Below are positions 1-9,605 of a stretch of 64,000 nt of DNA, in pieces. Origin of the DNA: Hydrurus foetidus (Eukaryota); assembly GCA_900617105.1 (NCBI GenBank), contig UYFQ01000057.1:1-64000 (forward strand). The letters are read 5' to 3'. A model generated the notes under the pieces. It was given only the letters and a program-made list of their open reading frames with translations, ran no database searches and was not told where the DNA came from. How positions within the stretch are numbered: the first letter of the stretch is position 1; each line of letters starts with the position of its first letter. A program made the translations under genes and the position numbers.

Positions 1-29
1 GTGCCATTCCCTCTGCCCAAGGTCGCCAA

Positions 30-152
30 GTGAGCGCTATCAACTTCCTGCTCTCCGTTGGCGTGGCCACGTTGGTGGCCATCGGCGCCTACGTTGGCTA
101 CCGCATCGGTCGCTTCGTTGAAGCCCGAGCCCTGCTGGGCGATGACGCCTGA
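30..152 (+). CDS. Small hydrophobic hypothetical protein (40 aa, one possible TM helix)
   Basis: Read manually: GTG start overlapping an upstream TGA; MSAINFLLSVGVATLVAIGAYVGYRIGRF. Confidence 0.4.
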   Translation: MSAINFLLSVGVATLVAIGAYVGYRIGRFVEARALLGDDA

Positions 153-184
153 GCAATCCCCTCACCCTGAAAAACAAAAACAAA

Positions 185-418
185 ATGAACCTCGACAACG
201 TCCACACCCCTCAGCGCCTCGAAGGCGAAAGCCAGGCCCAGCACCACAGCCGCCGTCGCATGAGCCGGCGCCTGTACAACCTGCATGCGCGTGAAGGCGT
301 GCTGGTCTTCTCGCCTCGCGGCGCCACGGGCCAGCACACCAACATCGGTAAGCGTGAGCGCCGCCGCCAGATGGCCCTCGTAGGCAAGCGTCAGTACCGC
401 CTCGGCGCGCGAGGCTAA
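185..418 (+). CDS. Basic hypothetical phage-like protein
   Basis: 77-aa ORF co-oriented with its neighbours and followed by a hairpin at 423-448. Confidence 0.55.
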   Translation: MNLDNVHTPQRLEGESQAQHHSRRRMSRRLYNLHAREGVLVFSPRGATGQHTNIGKRERRRQMALVGKRQYRLGARG

Positions 419-479
419 AGTCAGGTGGGGGCCAACGTGCCCCCACCTCCGATCAACCCAACAATAAGAAGACTGACCT

Positions 480-773
480 ATGAGCAGCAATGTTGAGGAT
501 ATTTTGAGCGTCGAGGCTACAGCCTCGCTCCTCGGTTGCGCGGTGCGCACGGTAGAGGAGCAGTCCCGCGCAGGTGACCTGCCTGGGCTCAAGTACGGTG
601 ATGGCGGGTGGATCTTCCCCCGCCCAGCCCTGATGCAGCGACTGACCGAGAAAGCCCTTGAGCAGGCCGCCCTGCGCCGTGAGAAGTCCGGTCCACCACC
701 CCTTGTCGCAGTGCCGGGCGCGGCAAAGGTGCCCAAGCGTGTGCGACCAAACTTGGGGGGCGCCACAGCATGA
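480..773 (+). CDS. Helix-turn-helix protein, excisionase (Xis/MerR-like HTH) candidate
   Basis: ILSVEATASLLGCAVRTVEEQSRAGDLPGLKYGDGGWIF fits the Xis-type wHTH pattern; lies near the integrase. Confidence 0.75.
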   Translation: MSSNVEDILSVEATASLLGCAVRTVEEQSRAGDLPGLKYGDGGWIFPRPALMQRLTEKALEQAALRREKSGPPPLVAVPGAAKVPKRVRPNLGGATA

Positions 774-1186
774 CCGCGTCACGAGACCCCAACACCAGCC
801 TGCTGAAGGCCTTGGGCCTTGGCCACCTACAGCACGTCACTGCAGTGGACATCCAACTGCGCCCCGGCGAGCTACCCCTGGCACGCATCGAGAAGCACCT
901 GATGAACTTTGACTCAGACAACTCGGAGGTCCTGCACTGGGAGCTGGTGAGGGCCGAGCGGGCTGAGTCCAAGCCTTTGGATCTGGAGGCCATGGCCACT
1001 GCCGCGCGCGAGCGCGTTGCCGTTGGAATCGAGCTGGCCACCATCAGAGCGCGGGCAGGAGTGGCGGAGGACTTCGCTCTGGCGAACGCCCGCATCGCTA
1101 GGGCAGGGTGGGTGAGGGACTTCGCCCACTTCCTCGTGAACGTGCCGCTGCTACCCAACCTGGTTGGAGGATTCCGCCGTGGCTGA
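770..1186 (+). CDS. Hypothetical phage protein
   Basis: ATGA overlap with the upstream gene; 138 aa. Confidence 0.6.
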   Translation: MTASRDPNTSLLKALGLGHLQHVTAVDIQLRPGELPLARIEKHLMNFDSDNSEVLHWELVRAERAESKPLDLEAMATAARERVAVGIELATIRARAGVAEDFALANARIARAGWVRDFAHFLVNVPLLPNLVGGFRRG

Positions 1187-1550
1187 GGCCTACACCCTAG
1201 TTGACGCCGCCACCGTGCTGAACGCGTGTGGCTCATACCAGACCAAGCGTGAGGCCCGCGTCGCTGCCATCCGCGACGAGATCGTAGACCACCTCGTTAC
1301 CCGTCGGCTGTATTGGCTTTTCTCTGGTGTGCCCAAGGCCAAGCGCACCCGAGACCTGGTCCGCGAGCGGCTGAGACACGGAGATATTTGGCACGACTAC
1401 AACCTCTGCCAGTTGTCAGGAGACGGAGACGCAGCAGTTGTGCGCGCCGTGCAGGCCGTGGCGCGAGTCGCCTACTTCAGCACGCACCACACAGACGTGA
1501 AACTCGGCTCGCGCGCAGCCCTCATCCTGCTGGACGCAGGCTGCCTCTAG
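1179..1550 (+). CDS. Hypothetical phage protein
   Basis: GGAGG RBS before GTG at 1179; stop overlaps the integrase stop. Confidence 0.6.
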   Translation: MAEAYTLVDAATVLNACGSYQTKREARVAAIRDEIVDHLVTRRLYWLFSGVPKAKRTRDLVRERLRHGDIWHDYNLCQLSGDGDAAVVRAVQAVARVAYFSTHHTDVKLGSRAALILLDAGCL

Positions 1551-2689
1551 GCTGCCAACCGCGCGGACAAATCCTCCGCGCGGAAGCTGGCGTACAGCAG
1601 CACCATGTCGAGTTTGCCCCACCCCATAATCTTGGCAATTTCCACATCAGAGAACGTCCAGTGCCCCTGGGCGTTCCTCTCCTCAAACCAGTCACAGCAC
1701 GCGCTGTGACGCAGGTCGTGCTCGGTAAAACCCGACACCTTGGCATAGTCGAACAGCGTGCTGAAGCGCGCCGTCAGTCTCGACTGGGTAGCTTTTCTCG
1801 TCTTTGGGTCACCGTCCCAGAACGAGAACATCGGCTCACCCTCCGCCCTCCCCTCACAGAACTTTCTCAGCTTCTCTAACAGCTCCGGCCGCAGAGGCAC
1901 CACCCGGGGCTTCTTCACTCCGCGGTGCCCCTTCGAGCCCTCCACGCGCCACCAACCCTTCTCAAAACTGAACCCACCAGGCTCAGCCCTGTAGGCCTCG
2001 AACAAGCGCGCACCTGTGCCGTGGATCAGCTCAAACAACATCTCAAGCTCGGGGTCGTGCTTCAGCGGGCGCTCCCTGTCGTCACGCTTCACACCCGACA
2101 GCGCCGAGCGCACCGATGCAAGTTCCGCCTTCGTCAACCTACGGTCCCGACGCGCGTCCACCTTGGCGCCGTCTGGAGCTAGTTTCGCTTGCGTTGGCGT
2201 GTACAAGCTGTAGCCCCGAGGCAGCATCCTAAAGCTGTTGGGCTGGCTGGCTCCGGTCGTGTGCAGCTGGTGCCAGTCAAGCACGCGCGCCAGCAGCCCC
2301 ACGCGCTTGCGGATCGTGCCAGGCGTGAGGTTCTTCTCCGTCTTCAGCTTGCTGACATATCCCTGCACCCACTGGTAAGTGAGCTCTGTCGTGCGGATGG
2401 TGGCCACCTCCTTGCGCACCACCGGCAGGAGGTCTAGGTCACTCTGCGCCGGCGTGGCGTCGGGATTGGTCGAGTAGTTGTCGATCACCTTGCCCATGGT
2501 CGGCCCAGCCTTTGGACCAGCCTCCAGCAGCTCAAGGGGCACGACCCCCTGCTCAAGTAGGCGCTCCAGCTGCTGGCCATAACTTCTGGCAGCCTCCTCC
2601 GTGTCGAAGGAGTCGTAGTAGGGCTTGCTGAGGAGCTTGTTGACGACCCTGAGCTGGAACTTGTCACCGCGTTTCTGCACGCTTGCCAT
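1547..2689 (-). CDS. int: Phage-type tyrosine recombinase/integrase
   Basis: N-terminal MASVQKRG arm-binding start; catalytic motifs TGAR, HDLRH, MGW and LLY; GGAG RBS. Confidence 0.95.
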   Translation of the reverse strand: MASVQKRGDKFQLRVVNKLLSKPYYDSFDTEEAARSYGQQLERLLEQGVVPLELLEAGPKAGPTMGKVIDNYSTNPDATPAQSDLDLLPVVRKEVATIRTTELTYQWVQGYVSKLKTEKNLTPGTIRKRVGLLARVLDWHQLHTTGASQPNSFRMLPRGYSLYTPTQAKLAPDGAKVDARRDRRLTKAELASVRSALSGVKRDDRERPLKHDPELEMLFELIHGTGARLFEAYRAEPGGFSFEKGWWRVEGSKGHRGVKKPRVVPLRPELLEKLRKFCEGRAEGEPMFSFWDGDPKTRKATQSRLTARFSTLFDYAKVSGFTEHDLRHSACCDWFEERNAQGHWTFSDVEIAKIMGWGKLDMVLLYASFRAEDLSARLAA

Positions 2690-2705
2690 TGATGGACTCC
2701 AAAAT

Positions 2706-2734
2706 AAAAAAGGGCCCCGAAGAGGGGCCCTTTT
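2706..2734 (-). terminator. Intrinsic terminator-like hairpin immediately upstream of the int RBS
   Basis: AAAAAA-GGGCCCC-GAAGA-GGGGCCC-TTTT; U6 tract on the minus strand. Confidence 0.7.
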
Positions 2735-2879
2735 GTGGGCGCGATATTACACCTATCCGGTGACTCCAGCCGGGTCCAGAAACTCGACTCATCGCCCAGT
2801 GCAGTCCGACTATGTGTGGTTTCGCCACAGTTTTGTGTGGCAGAGGTACGTATTGCCACCGCTTTTTGGCGTAGAAACG

Positions 2880-2904
2880 AAAAAGCCCCGGGGGTCCGGG
2901 GCTT
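2880..2904 (-). terminator. Intrinsic terminator downstream of tRNA-Cys
   Basis: AAGCCCCGG/CCGGGGCTT stem followed by a U tract on the minus strand. Confidence 0.75.
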
Positions 2905-2905
2905 C

Positions 2906-2918
2906 TAAGTCGTTGATT
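2906..2918 (-). promoter_or_regulatory. IHF consensus site in the att region
   Basis: AATCAACGACTTA matches WATCAANNNNTTR. Confidence 0.55.
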
Positions 2919-2932
2919 TCATTCAACATTTT

Positions 2933-3006
2933 TGGAGGCGCGGCGCGGAGTCGAACCGCGCTAACCGGATTTGCAATCCGGGGCATAACCGCTTTGCTAC
3001 CGCGCC
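2933..3006 (-). tRNA. tRNA-Cys(GCA)
   Basis: 74-nt cloverleaf GGCGCGG...TTGCAAA...TTCGACT...CCA. Confidence 0.97.
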
Positions 3007-3050
3007 GCTTTGAATAAAAAAATGGAAGTCAAGACTTCCATTTTTTAAAT

Positions 3051-3126
3051 TGGAGCGGGAAAAGAGGTTCGAACTCTCGACCTATACCTTGGCAAGGTAT
3101 CGCTCTACCAACTGAGCTATTCCCGC
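3051..3126 (-). tRNA. tRNA-Gly(GCC)
   Basis: 76-nt GCGGGAATAGCTCAG...TTGCCAA...CCA. Confidence 0.98.
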
Positions 3127-3168
3127 ATGAACTAACGCTGCACTGAAACCGCTGCTCCAGTACGAAAT

Positions 3169-3244
3169 TGGAGCGGGAAAAGAGGTTCGAACTCTCGACC
3201 TATACCTTGGCAAGGTATCGCTCTACCAACTGAGCTATTCCCGC
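3169..3244 (-). tRNA. tRNA-Gly(GCC), identical second copy
   Basis: Same 76-nt sequence as 3051-3126. Confidence 0.98.
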
Positions 3245-3312
3245 GTTTCAAGCCTCAAATTATAGCCTACTTTTTGCGCCCAAGTCCAGTTGGGCACAAA
3301 AAGTATAGGCAC

Positions 3313-5754
3313 TCAATGTTTGACCGATTCATCCAATTGCACCGCTGGCGCAATGGCCGTCACGGCCGCCGCAGGCAGCGCTTCTTCGTCGGTCAGGGGA
3401 ATGGGATGGCTTTCCAACGCCAACTCCAACACCTGGTCAATCCAACGCACCGGCACGATTTCCAGACCGTTCTTCACGTTCTCTGGGATGTCCTGCAGGT
3501 CTTTGGCGTTCTGCTCAGGAATCAACACCGTCTTGATACCCCCGCGCAGCGCCGCAAGCAGCTTTTCCTTGAGTCCGCCAATTTCGGTGATCTCGCCGCG
3601 CAAGGTAATTTCACCGGTCATGGCCACATCGCCGCGAACAGGGATGCCAGTCAGTGCCGACACAAAAGCGGTGGCCATAGCTGCGCCGGCGCTAGGACCG
3701 TCTTTGGGTGTTGCTCCATCGGGCACATGGATGTGAATGTCTTTTTTCTCAAACACCTCATCCTTGATGCCCAAGCGGCGCGAGCGGCTGCGTACAACGG
3801 TGCGTGCGGCTTCCACTGACTCTTTCATCACATCGCCCAGCGAACCGGTACGCGTGATCACTCCCTTGCCGGGAGTCAGCGCCGCTTCGATGGTCAGCAA
3901 GTCGCCGCCCACCTCAGTCCATGCCAAACCAACGACTTGGCCGACCTGGTTCTGTTCTTCTGCACGGCCGTAGGTGTACTTGCGCACGCCCAAGAAATCG
4001 TTCAGGTTGTCTTCGGTCACCTGTACCTGCGCCTCCATCTTCTTGAGCAGCAAGCCCTTGACCACTTTGCGGCAGATCTTGGAGAGTTCACGCTCCAGCG
4101 AACGCACACCAGCTTCACGTGTGTAGTAGCGCACGATGTCGCGTACCGCACCTTCGGAGATGGAGAGTTCCGCGGCCTTGACGCCGTTGTTCTTTATCTG
4201 CTTGGGCAGCAGGTAGGTGATGGCGATATTGGTCTTTTCGTCCTCGGTGTAACCCGACAGGCGAATCACCTCCATGCGGTCCAGCAACGCAGGCGGAATG
4301 TTCATGGAGTTAGACGTGGCAACGAACATCACATCGCTCAGGTCGTAGTCCACTTCGACATAGTGGTCGCCAAACTTGTGATTCTGCTCGGGGTCCAGCA
4401 CCTCCAGCAGCGCGCTGCTGGGGTCCCCACGGAAGTCCGTACCCAGTTTGTCGATCTCATCGAGAAGGAACAGTGGATTGCGGGTGCCCACCTTGGACAG
4501 GCTTTGCAGCACCTTGCCGGGCATGGCGCCAATGTAGGTACGACGGTGACCGCGAATCTCGGCCTCATCACGCATGCCACCCAGGGCCATGCGCACGTAC
4601 TTGCGCCCCGTGGCCTTGGCAATGGACTGCCCCAGCGAGGTCTTGCCCACACCGGGGGGACCAACCAGGCAAAGGATCGGTGCCTTCAACTTGTCCACGC
4701 GCTGTTGCACTGCAAGATATTCCAGGATGCGGTCTTTAACCTTATCCAGGCCGTAGTGGTCTTCGTTCAGCACATTTTCGGCATTCACCAAGTTGTGCTT
4801 GATCTTGGTCTTCGTTGTCCAAGGCAAGCCGGTCAGCACTTCGATGTAGTTGCGCACCACGGTGGCCTCTGCCGACATGGGCGACATCAGCTTGAGCTTC
4901 TTGAGTTCGGCCTCAGCCTTCTTCAATGCCTCCTTGGGCATCTTGGCGGCCTTGATCTTTTTCTCGATCTCTTCAATGTCTGCGCCGTCTTCGCCCTCGC
5001 CCAATTCTTTCTGGATAGCCTTGACCTGCTCGTTCAAGTAGAAGTCGCGTTGGTTCTTTTCCATCTGGCGCTTCACGCGGCCACGGATCTTCTTGTCCAC
5101 ATTCAAGATATCGACTTCGCGCTCGATCTGTTCAAACAGGTTTTCAAGGCGGTCTTTGACTTCCGGCAAGCTCAGCACGGCCTGCTTGCTGTCCAACTTC
5201 AAGGGCAGGTGGGCGGCGATGGTGTCAGCCAGACGGCCGGCATCATCGATGCTGGATATCGAGGTCAGGATTTCGGGAGGAATCTTTTTGTTCAGTTTGA
5301 CGTACTGGTCAAACTGCTGCATGACCGCGCGGCGCAAGGCTTCCACTTCACTGGCAACCTTGCGGGCCTTGTCGCTGGTGTCGTCGGGAATTTCGATGGG
5401 CGTGACATTGGCGGTGAAATGCTGCTCGCCTTCCACGATTTCATTCACGCGAGCGCGCTGGTGGCCTTCCACCAGCACCTTGACGGTGCCATCGGGCAGT
5501 TTGAGCATTTGCAGGATGGTGGACACGCAGCCCACATCGAACATGTCCGACACCACCGGGTCGTCCTTGGCGGCAGCCTTCTGGGCCACCAACATGATGC
5601 GGCGCTCCGCCTCCATGGCAGCTTCAAGCGCCTTGATGCTCTTGGGACGACCCACGAACAGCGGAATCACCATATGGGGAAAAACGACCACATCGCGCAA
5701 CGGCAGCAGTGGCAAATCTAGGGGGGTAGCAGGCAGGGGTGTGTGGCCAGACAT
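3313..5754 (-). CDS. lon: ATP-dependent Lon protease
   Basis: LPLRDVVVFP N-domain, GPPGVGKT Walker A, PKDGPSAG catalytic Ser motif. Confidence 0.99.
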   Translation of the reverse strand: MSGHTPLPATPLDLPLLPLRDVVVFPHMVIPLFVGRPKSIKALEAAMEAERRIMLVAQKAAAKDDPVVSDMFDVGCVSTILQMLKLPDGTVKVLVEGHQRARVNEIVEGEQHFTANVTPIEIPDDTSDKARKVASEVEALRRAVMQQFDQYVKLNKKIPPEILTSISSIDDAGRLADTIAAHLPLKLDSKQAVLSLPEVKDRLENLFEQIEREVDILNVDKKIRGRVKRQMEKNQRDFYLNEQVKAIQKELGEGEDGADIEEIEKKIKAAKMPKEALKKAEAELKKLKLMSPMSAEATVVRNYIEVLTGLPWTTKTKIKHNLVNAENVLNEDHYGLDKVKDRILEYLAVQQRVDKLKAPILCLVGPPGVGKTSLGQSIAKATGRKYVRMALGGMRDEAEIRGHRRTYIGAMPGKVLQSLSKVGTRNPLFLLDEIDKLGTDFRGDPSSALLEVLDPEQNHKFGDHYVEVDYDLSDVMFVATSNSMNIPPALLDRMEVIRLSGYTEDEKTNIAITYLLPKQIKNNGVKAAELSISEGAVRDIVRYYTREAGVRSLERELSKICRKVVKGLLLKKMEAQVQVTEDNLNDFLGVRKYTYGRAEEQNQVGQVVGLAWTEVGGDLLTIEAALTPGKGVITRTGSLGDVMKESVEAARTVVRSRSRRLGIKDEVFEKKDIHIHVPDGATPKDGPSAGAAMATAFVSALTGIPVRGDVAMTGEITLRGEITEIGGLKEKLLAALRGGIKTVLIPEQNAKDLQDIPENVKNGLEIVPVRWIDQVLELALESHPIPLTDEEALPAAAVTAIAPAVQLDESVKH

Positions 5755-5897
5755 GGGGAACCTTTTTGTTACCTGTTGAATATGGACCGGTATGCCTGAA
5801 TTTCAAGCTCACTGCCATTATCGGCAGCAGATCGGGATAGTAGTTCCGGTGAACCTGCCCAAAAACCATGCAAATCTGATCATCGGGCAGGCAGCAA

Positions 5898-7163
5898 TCA
5901 CGCCTTCTTGGCTGATTCGCGGTAAACCAGCAAGGGAGGCTTGTTTTCTTCAATGGTGGACTCATCGACCACCACCTTCTCGACGTTGACCGCATTGGGC
6001 AACTCGTACATCGTGTCGATCAGAGACTGCTCCAGAATAGAGCGCAATCCACGTGCACCGGTCTTGCGATTCAGGGCACGCTTGGCAATGGCTCTCAGGG
6101 CAGCGGGACGAATTTCCAGCTCTGCGCCTTCCATTGCCAGCAACTTGGCGTATTGCTTGACCAACGCGTTCTTGGGCTCGGTCAGAATTTGCACCAGCGC
6201 GTCTTCGGTCAGCTCTGCCAGGGTCGCCACCACGGGCATGCGGCCCACCAGTTCGGGGATCAAACCAAACTTGATCAAATCCTCCGGCTCGACTTCCTTG
6301 AACACTTCGGTCAGCGCGCGTTGCTCTTTGCTTTTCACGGCCGCGCCAAAGCCAATGCCGGATGATTCGGTACGGTTGCCGATGACCTTTTCCAGGCCCG
6401 AGAATGCGCCGCCACAGATGAACAAAATGTTCGTGGTGTCGATCTGCACAAAGTCCTGGTTGGGATGCTTGCGTCCGCCTTGTGGCGGAACGCTGGCCAT
6501 CGTGCCTTCGATCAACTTCAACAAAGCTTGCTGCACACCCTCACCCGACACATCACGCGTGATGGATGGGTTGTCGGATTTTCGGGAAATCTTGTCGATC
6601 TCATCGATGTAAACAATACCGCGCTGGGCGCGGTCCACATCGTAGTTGCAACTTTGCAGCAGCTTCAAGACGATGTTTTCCACGTCCTCGCCCACATAAC
6701 CGGCTTCCGTCAGTGTGGTGGCATCGGCCATCACAAAAGGCACATCCAGCATGCGTGCCAGCGTTTGGGCCAGCAGTGTCTTACCCGAACCGGTGGGGCC
6801 AATCAGCAAGATATTGCTCTTGGCCAGCTCCACGTCGTCCTTCTTGGCTTTTTCTTTGTGCTTGAGGCGCTTGTAGTGGTTGTACACCGCCACGGCCAGC
6901 GTGCGCTTGGCAGGCTCCTGCCCGATAACGTAATTGTCCAGGTTGGCCTTGATGTCAGAGGGCGTGGGCAAGTCACCGCGGCCGTCCTTGTTCTCGGTCG
7001 TCGCAGGTAACTCGTCACGAATGATCTCGTTGCAGAGTTCGATGCATTCGTCGCACACGAACACCGACGGACCGGCGATCAGCTTCTTCACCTCGTGCTG
7101 ACTCTTGCCACAGAAAGAGCAATACAAGGTTTTTTCGCTGGTTGAGCCTTTTTTCTCGGCCAT
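5898..7163 (-). CDS. clpX: Clp protease ATPase subunit ClpX
   Basis: CSFC zinc finger, [16 protein letters not shown] and IGF loops. Confidence 0.99.
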   Translation of the reverse strand: MAEKKGSTSEKTLYCSFCGKSQHEVKKLIAGPSVFVCDECIELCNEIIRDELPATTENKDGRGDLPTPSDIKANLDNYVIGQEPAKRTLAVAVYNHYKRLKHKEKAKKDDVELAKSNILLIGPTGSGKTLLAQTLARMLDVPFVMADATTLTEAGYVGEDVENIVLKLLQSCNYDVDRAQRGIVYIDEIDKISRKSDNPSITRDVSGEGVQQALLKLIEGTMASVPPQGGRKHPNQDFVQIDTTNILFICGGAFSGLEKVIGNRTESSGIGFGAAVKSKEQRALTEVFKEVEPEDLIKFGLIPELVGRMPVVATLAELTEDALVQILTEPKNALVKQYAKLLAMEGAELEIRPAALRAIAKRALNRKTGARGLRSILEQSLIDTMYELPNAVNVEKVVVDESTIEENKPPLLVYRESAKKA

Positions 7164-7265
7164 GTGAAGTCTGCCTTTTCCGCTAAGTTAACCAATGATA
7201 ACCAAATAAAAACGGCGTCTTTCCATCAAAAAGACACCGTTGGAGGCGTTGCCTACGCCAATCGA

Positions 7266-7913
7266 TCAGGAACGCTTGGAGATCACCTGGTCGACCAGGC
7301 CGTACTCTTTCGCCTCGTCGGCAGACAGCCAGTAGTCGCGCTCCATGTCGCGTGCAATCTTTTCGATTGGCTGGCCAGTGCGTTCGGCATAGATTTTATT
7401 GAGTTGTTCGCGGGTTTTCAGAATTTCCCGCGCGGAGATTTCAATATCGCTGGCCATGCCGCGCGCGCCACCGGAGGGCTGGTGAATCATGATGCTGGAA
7501 TTGGGCAGTGCAAAGCGTTTGCCTTTGGCACCGGCCGCCAACAGGAAAGAGCCCATGCTGGCAGACATACCTGTGCACAGCGTTGACACATCGGGTTTGA
7601 TGAAGTTCATGGTGTCAAAAATCGCCAAACCAGCACTGACGGAACCGCCAGGAGAATTGATGTATAGAGAAATGTCTTTGTCCGGGTTTTCGCTCTCCAG
7701 GAAAAGCAACTGGGCAACCACCAGATTGGCCATGTAGTCTTCCACCGGGCCGACGAGGAAAATCACGCGCTCCTTGAGCAAGCGCGAATAGATGTCATAC
7801 GAGCGCTCGCCACGGCCGGATTGCTCAATGACCATGGGCACCAGCCCCAAGCCCTCGGTTTGCAATGAATCGTACGCACCGAACGGGATGCTGTCAGTTT
7901 GGTTTCTGTACAT
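7266..7913 (-). CDS. clpP: Clp protease proteolytic subunit
   Basis: [11 protein letters not shown] and INSPGG motifs; start set at the ATG with a GGAG RBS. Confidence 0.98.
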   Translation of the reverse strand: MYRNQTDSIPFGAYDSLQTEGLGLVPMVIEQSGRGERSYDIYSRLLKERVIFLVGPVEDYMANLVVAQLLFLESENPDKDISLYINSPGGSVSAGLAIFDTMNFIKPDVSTLCTGMSASMGSFLLAAGAKGKRFALPNSSIMIHQPSGGARGMASDIEISAREILKTREQLNKIYAERTGQPIEKIARDMERDYWLSADEAKEYGLVDQVISKRS

Positions 7914-8023
7914 GAAATGACTCCAAAGGTTGAATAAATGCGACTTTACCCAAAACAAATGGGGCTGGTGCGCAGGAGTTCAATCCGCACACCACCCCCA
8001 TTGATATAAAAATCCAAAACGTT

Positions 8024-9334
8024 TCAGTTTTGTGCCATCAACTCGTCAAACGAGATGGCTTTGTCAGAGACCTTGGCCTTGGCCAACACGAAATTCGTCA
8101 CATTGTTTTCGATCACGATGGCTTCGACTTCAGCCATGCGGCGGTTGTCGCCGAAGTACCAGCGCACCACGTCAGCCGGCTTTTCGTAGCTGGCGGCCAG
8201 CTCGTCGATGTGGGCTTTGATCTGCTCGGGCTTGGCAGCCAGGTCATTGGAGCGCACCAGCTCAGCCACCACCAGGCCCAAGCGCACGCGGCGCTCAGCT
8301 TGGGGACGGAAGATATCGTCAGGAATCGGTGCCTTGTCTGCGTCCTTGATGCCGCGCTGCTTCAGGTCTGCACGGGCGTTTTCGATCATGCGGTCCAGTT
8401 CAGCTTGCACGCTGGACTTGGGCAGGTCCAATTCGGCCTTGGCAACCAACGCGTCCATGGCGGCTTGCTTGTTGCGGGCCAGCAGGCGGTGCTTGACTTC
8501 GCGCTCCAGGTTCTTGCGGATGTCGGCGCGCAGGGCTTCCACGGTGCCTTCGGCAATGCCCAAGGCCTTGGCCAGATCGGCATCGACTGCAGGCAGGTTG
8601 GCAGCTTCCAGCTTCTTCAGGGTAACCATGAAGTCGGCCGTCTTACCGGCCACGTCTTTGCCGTGGTAGTCGGCGGGGAATGCCAGGGGGAAAGTCTTGC
8701 TTTCGCCGGTCTTCATGCCGCGGGTTGCGTCTTCAAATTCTTTCAGCATCTGGCCGTCGCCCAGGATGAACTGGAAGTCGTCGGCCTTGCCGCCGGAGAA
8801 CACTTCACCGTCCATCTTGCCTTCGAAGTCCACGGTCACGCGGTCGGTGTCTTGCGCAGGAGTGCCTTGGGCACGCTGGGCAAAGGTACGACGCTGTTTG
8901 CGCAGGATCTCAATGGTCTTGTCGATGGCTTCTTCGGTCACTTCAGTAGCCAGCTTTTCCACTTCGGCCGTGGCCAGGTCAGCGATCTTGACTTCGGGGA
9001 ACACTTCGAAAATGGCGTCGAAAGCCATTTGGCCTTCGGGAGCGGCTTCGCTCTCAGTGATCTTGGGTTGGCCTGCCACGCGCAGCTTGGCTTCGTTGGC
9101 AGCGGTCGCGAAGGCTTCGCCGACCTTGTCGTTCATCACTTCGTAGTGCACGGAGTAACCGTAGCGCTGTGTCACCACATTCATGGGCACTTTGCCTGGA
9201 CGGAAACCGTCCATCTTCACAGTGCGCGCGAGCTTGCGCAGACGGCTGTCCACTTCAGTCTTGATCACGCCCACGGGCAGGGTCAAAGTGATCTTGCGCT
9301 CCAGCTTTTCCAGAGTTTCTACAGTAACGGCCAT
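8024..9334 (-). CDS. tig: Trigger factor
   Basis: GFRPGKVP signature; tig-clpP-clpX-lon synteny. Confidence 0.99.
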   Translation of the reverse strand: MAVTVETLEKLERKITLTLPVGVIKTEVDSRLRKLARTVKMDGFRPGKVPMNVVTQRYGYSVHYEVMNDKVGEAFATAANEAKLRVAGQPKITESEAAPEGQMAFDAIFEVFPEVKIADLATAEVEKLATEVTEEAIDKTIEILRKQRRTFAQRAQGTPAQDTDRVTVDFEGKMDGEVFSGGKADDFQFILGDGQMLKEFEDATRGMKTGESKTFPLAFPADYHGKDVAGKTADFMVTLKKLEAANLPAVDADLAKALGIAEGTVEALRADIRKNLEREVKHRLLARNKQAAMDALVAKAELDLPKSSVQAELDRMIENARADLKQRGIKDADKAPIPDDIFRPQAERRVRLGLVVAELVRSNDLAAKPEQIKAHIDELAASYEKPADVVRWYFGDNRRMAEVEAIVIENNVTNFVLAKAKVSDKAISFDELMAQN

Positions 9335-9405
9335 GGCTAACTCCTAATTTTGGTTTTGGCAGGACTTTCACCTGCGGCATCATTCAAAGATGCCTGTTTA
9401 AAGGT

Positions 9406-9492
9406 TGGTGCGCGGGGCGGGACTCGAACCCGCACAGTATTGCTACCGTCAGGACCTAAACCTGGTGCGTCTACCAATTTCGCCACCCGCGC
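9406..9492 (-). tRNA. tRNA-Leu(TAG)
   Basis: 87-nt tRNA with a long variable arm, TTTAGGT anticodon loop and CCA end. Confidence 0.97.
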
Positions 9493-9605
9493 AAAAAACA
9501 ACAATGGGAGGCCGGAAGTACTTGCTGGCTCGCGCCGCAAGACTCTGACCCCCCATTTTAAATCGGTCAGCCCGCTATTTTAGCCTGCGGAAAGACTATC
9601 TTCCA

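Larger units (their letters stand above)
1..2932. mobile_element. Terminal part of a prophage or integrative element inserted at the 3' end of tRNA-Cys (continues beyond the left window edge)
   Basis: Tyrosine integrase next to the tRNA 3' end, an xis-like HTH gene and a run of short, tightly packed hypothetical ORFs. The other att end is not in the window. Confidence 0.75.

Noticed and set aside
1547..2689. The tyrosine recombinase as the missing integron integrase
   Set aside because: It has a phage-type N-terminal arm domain, sits at a tRNA 24 kb from the array, and shows no IntI-specific motifs that I can recognise.
3051..3244. Duplicate tRNA-Gly as an att duplication
   Set aside because: Both copies are full-length in an ordinary Gly-Gly-Cys cluster, with no element between them.
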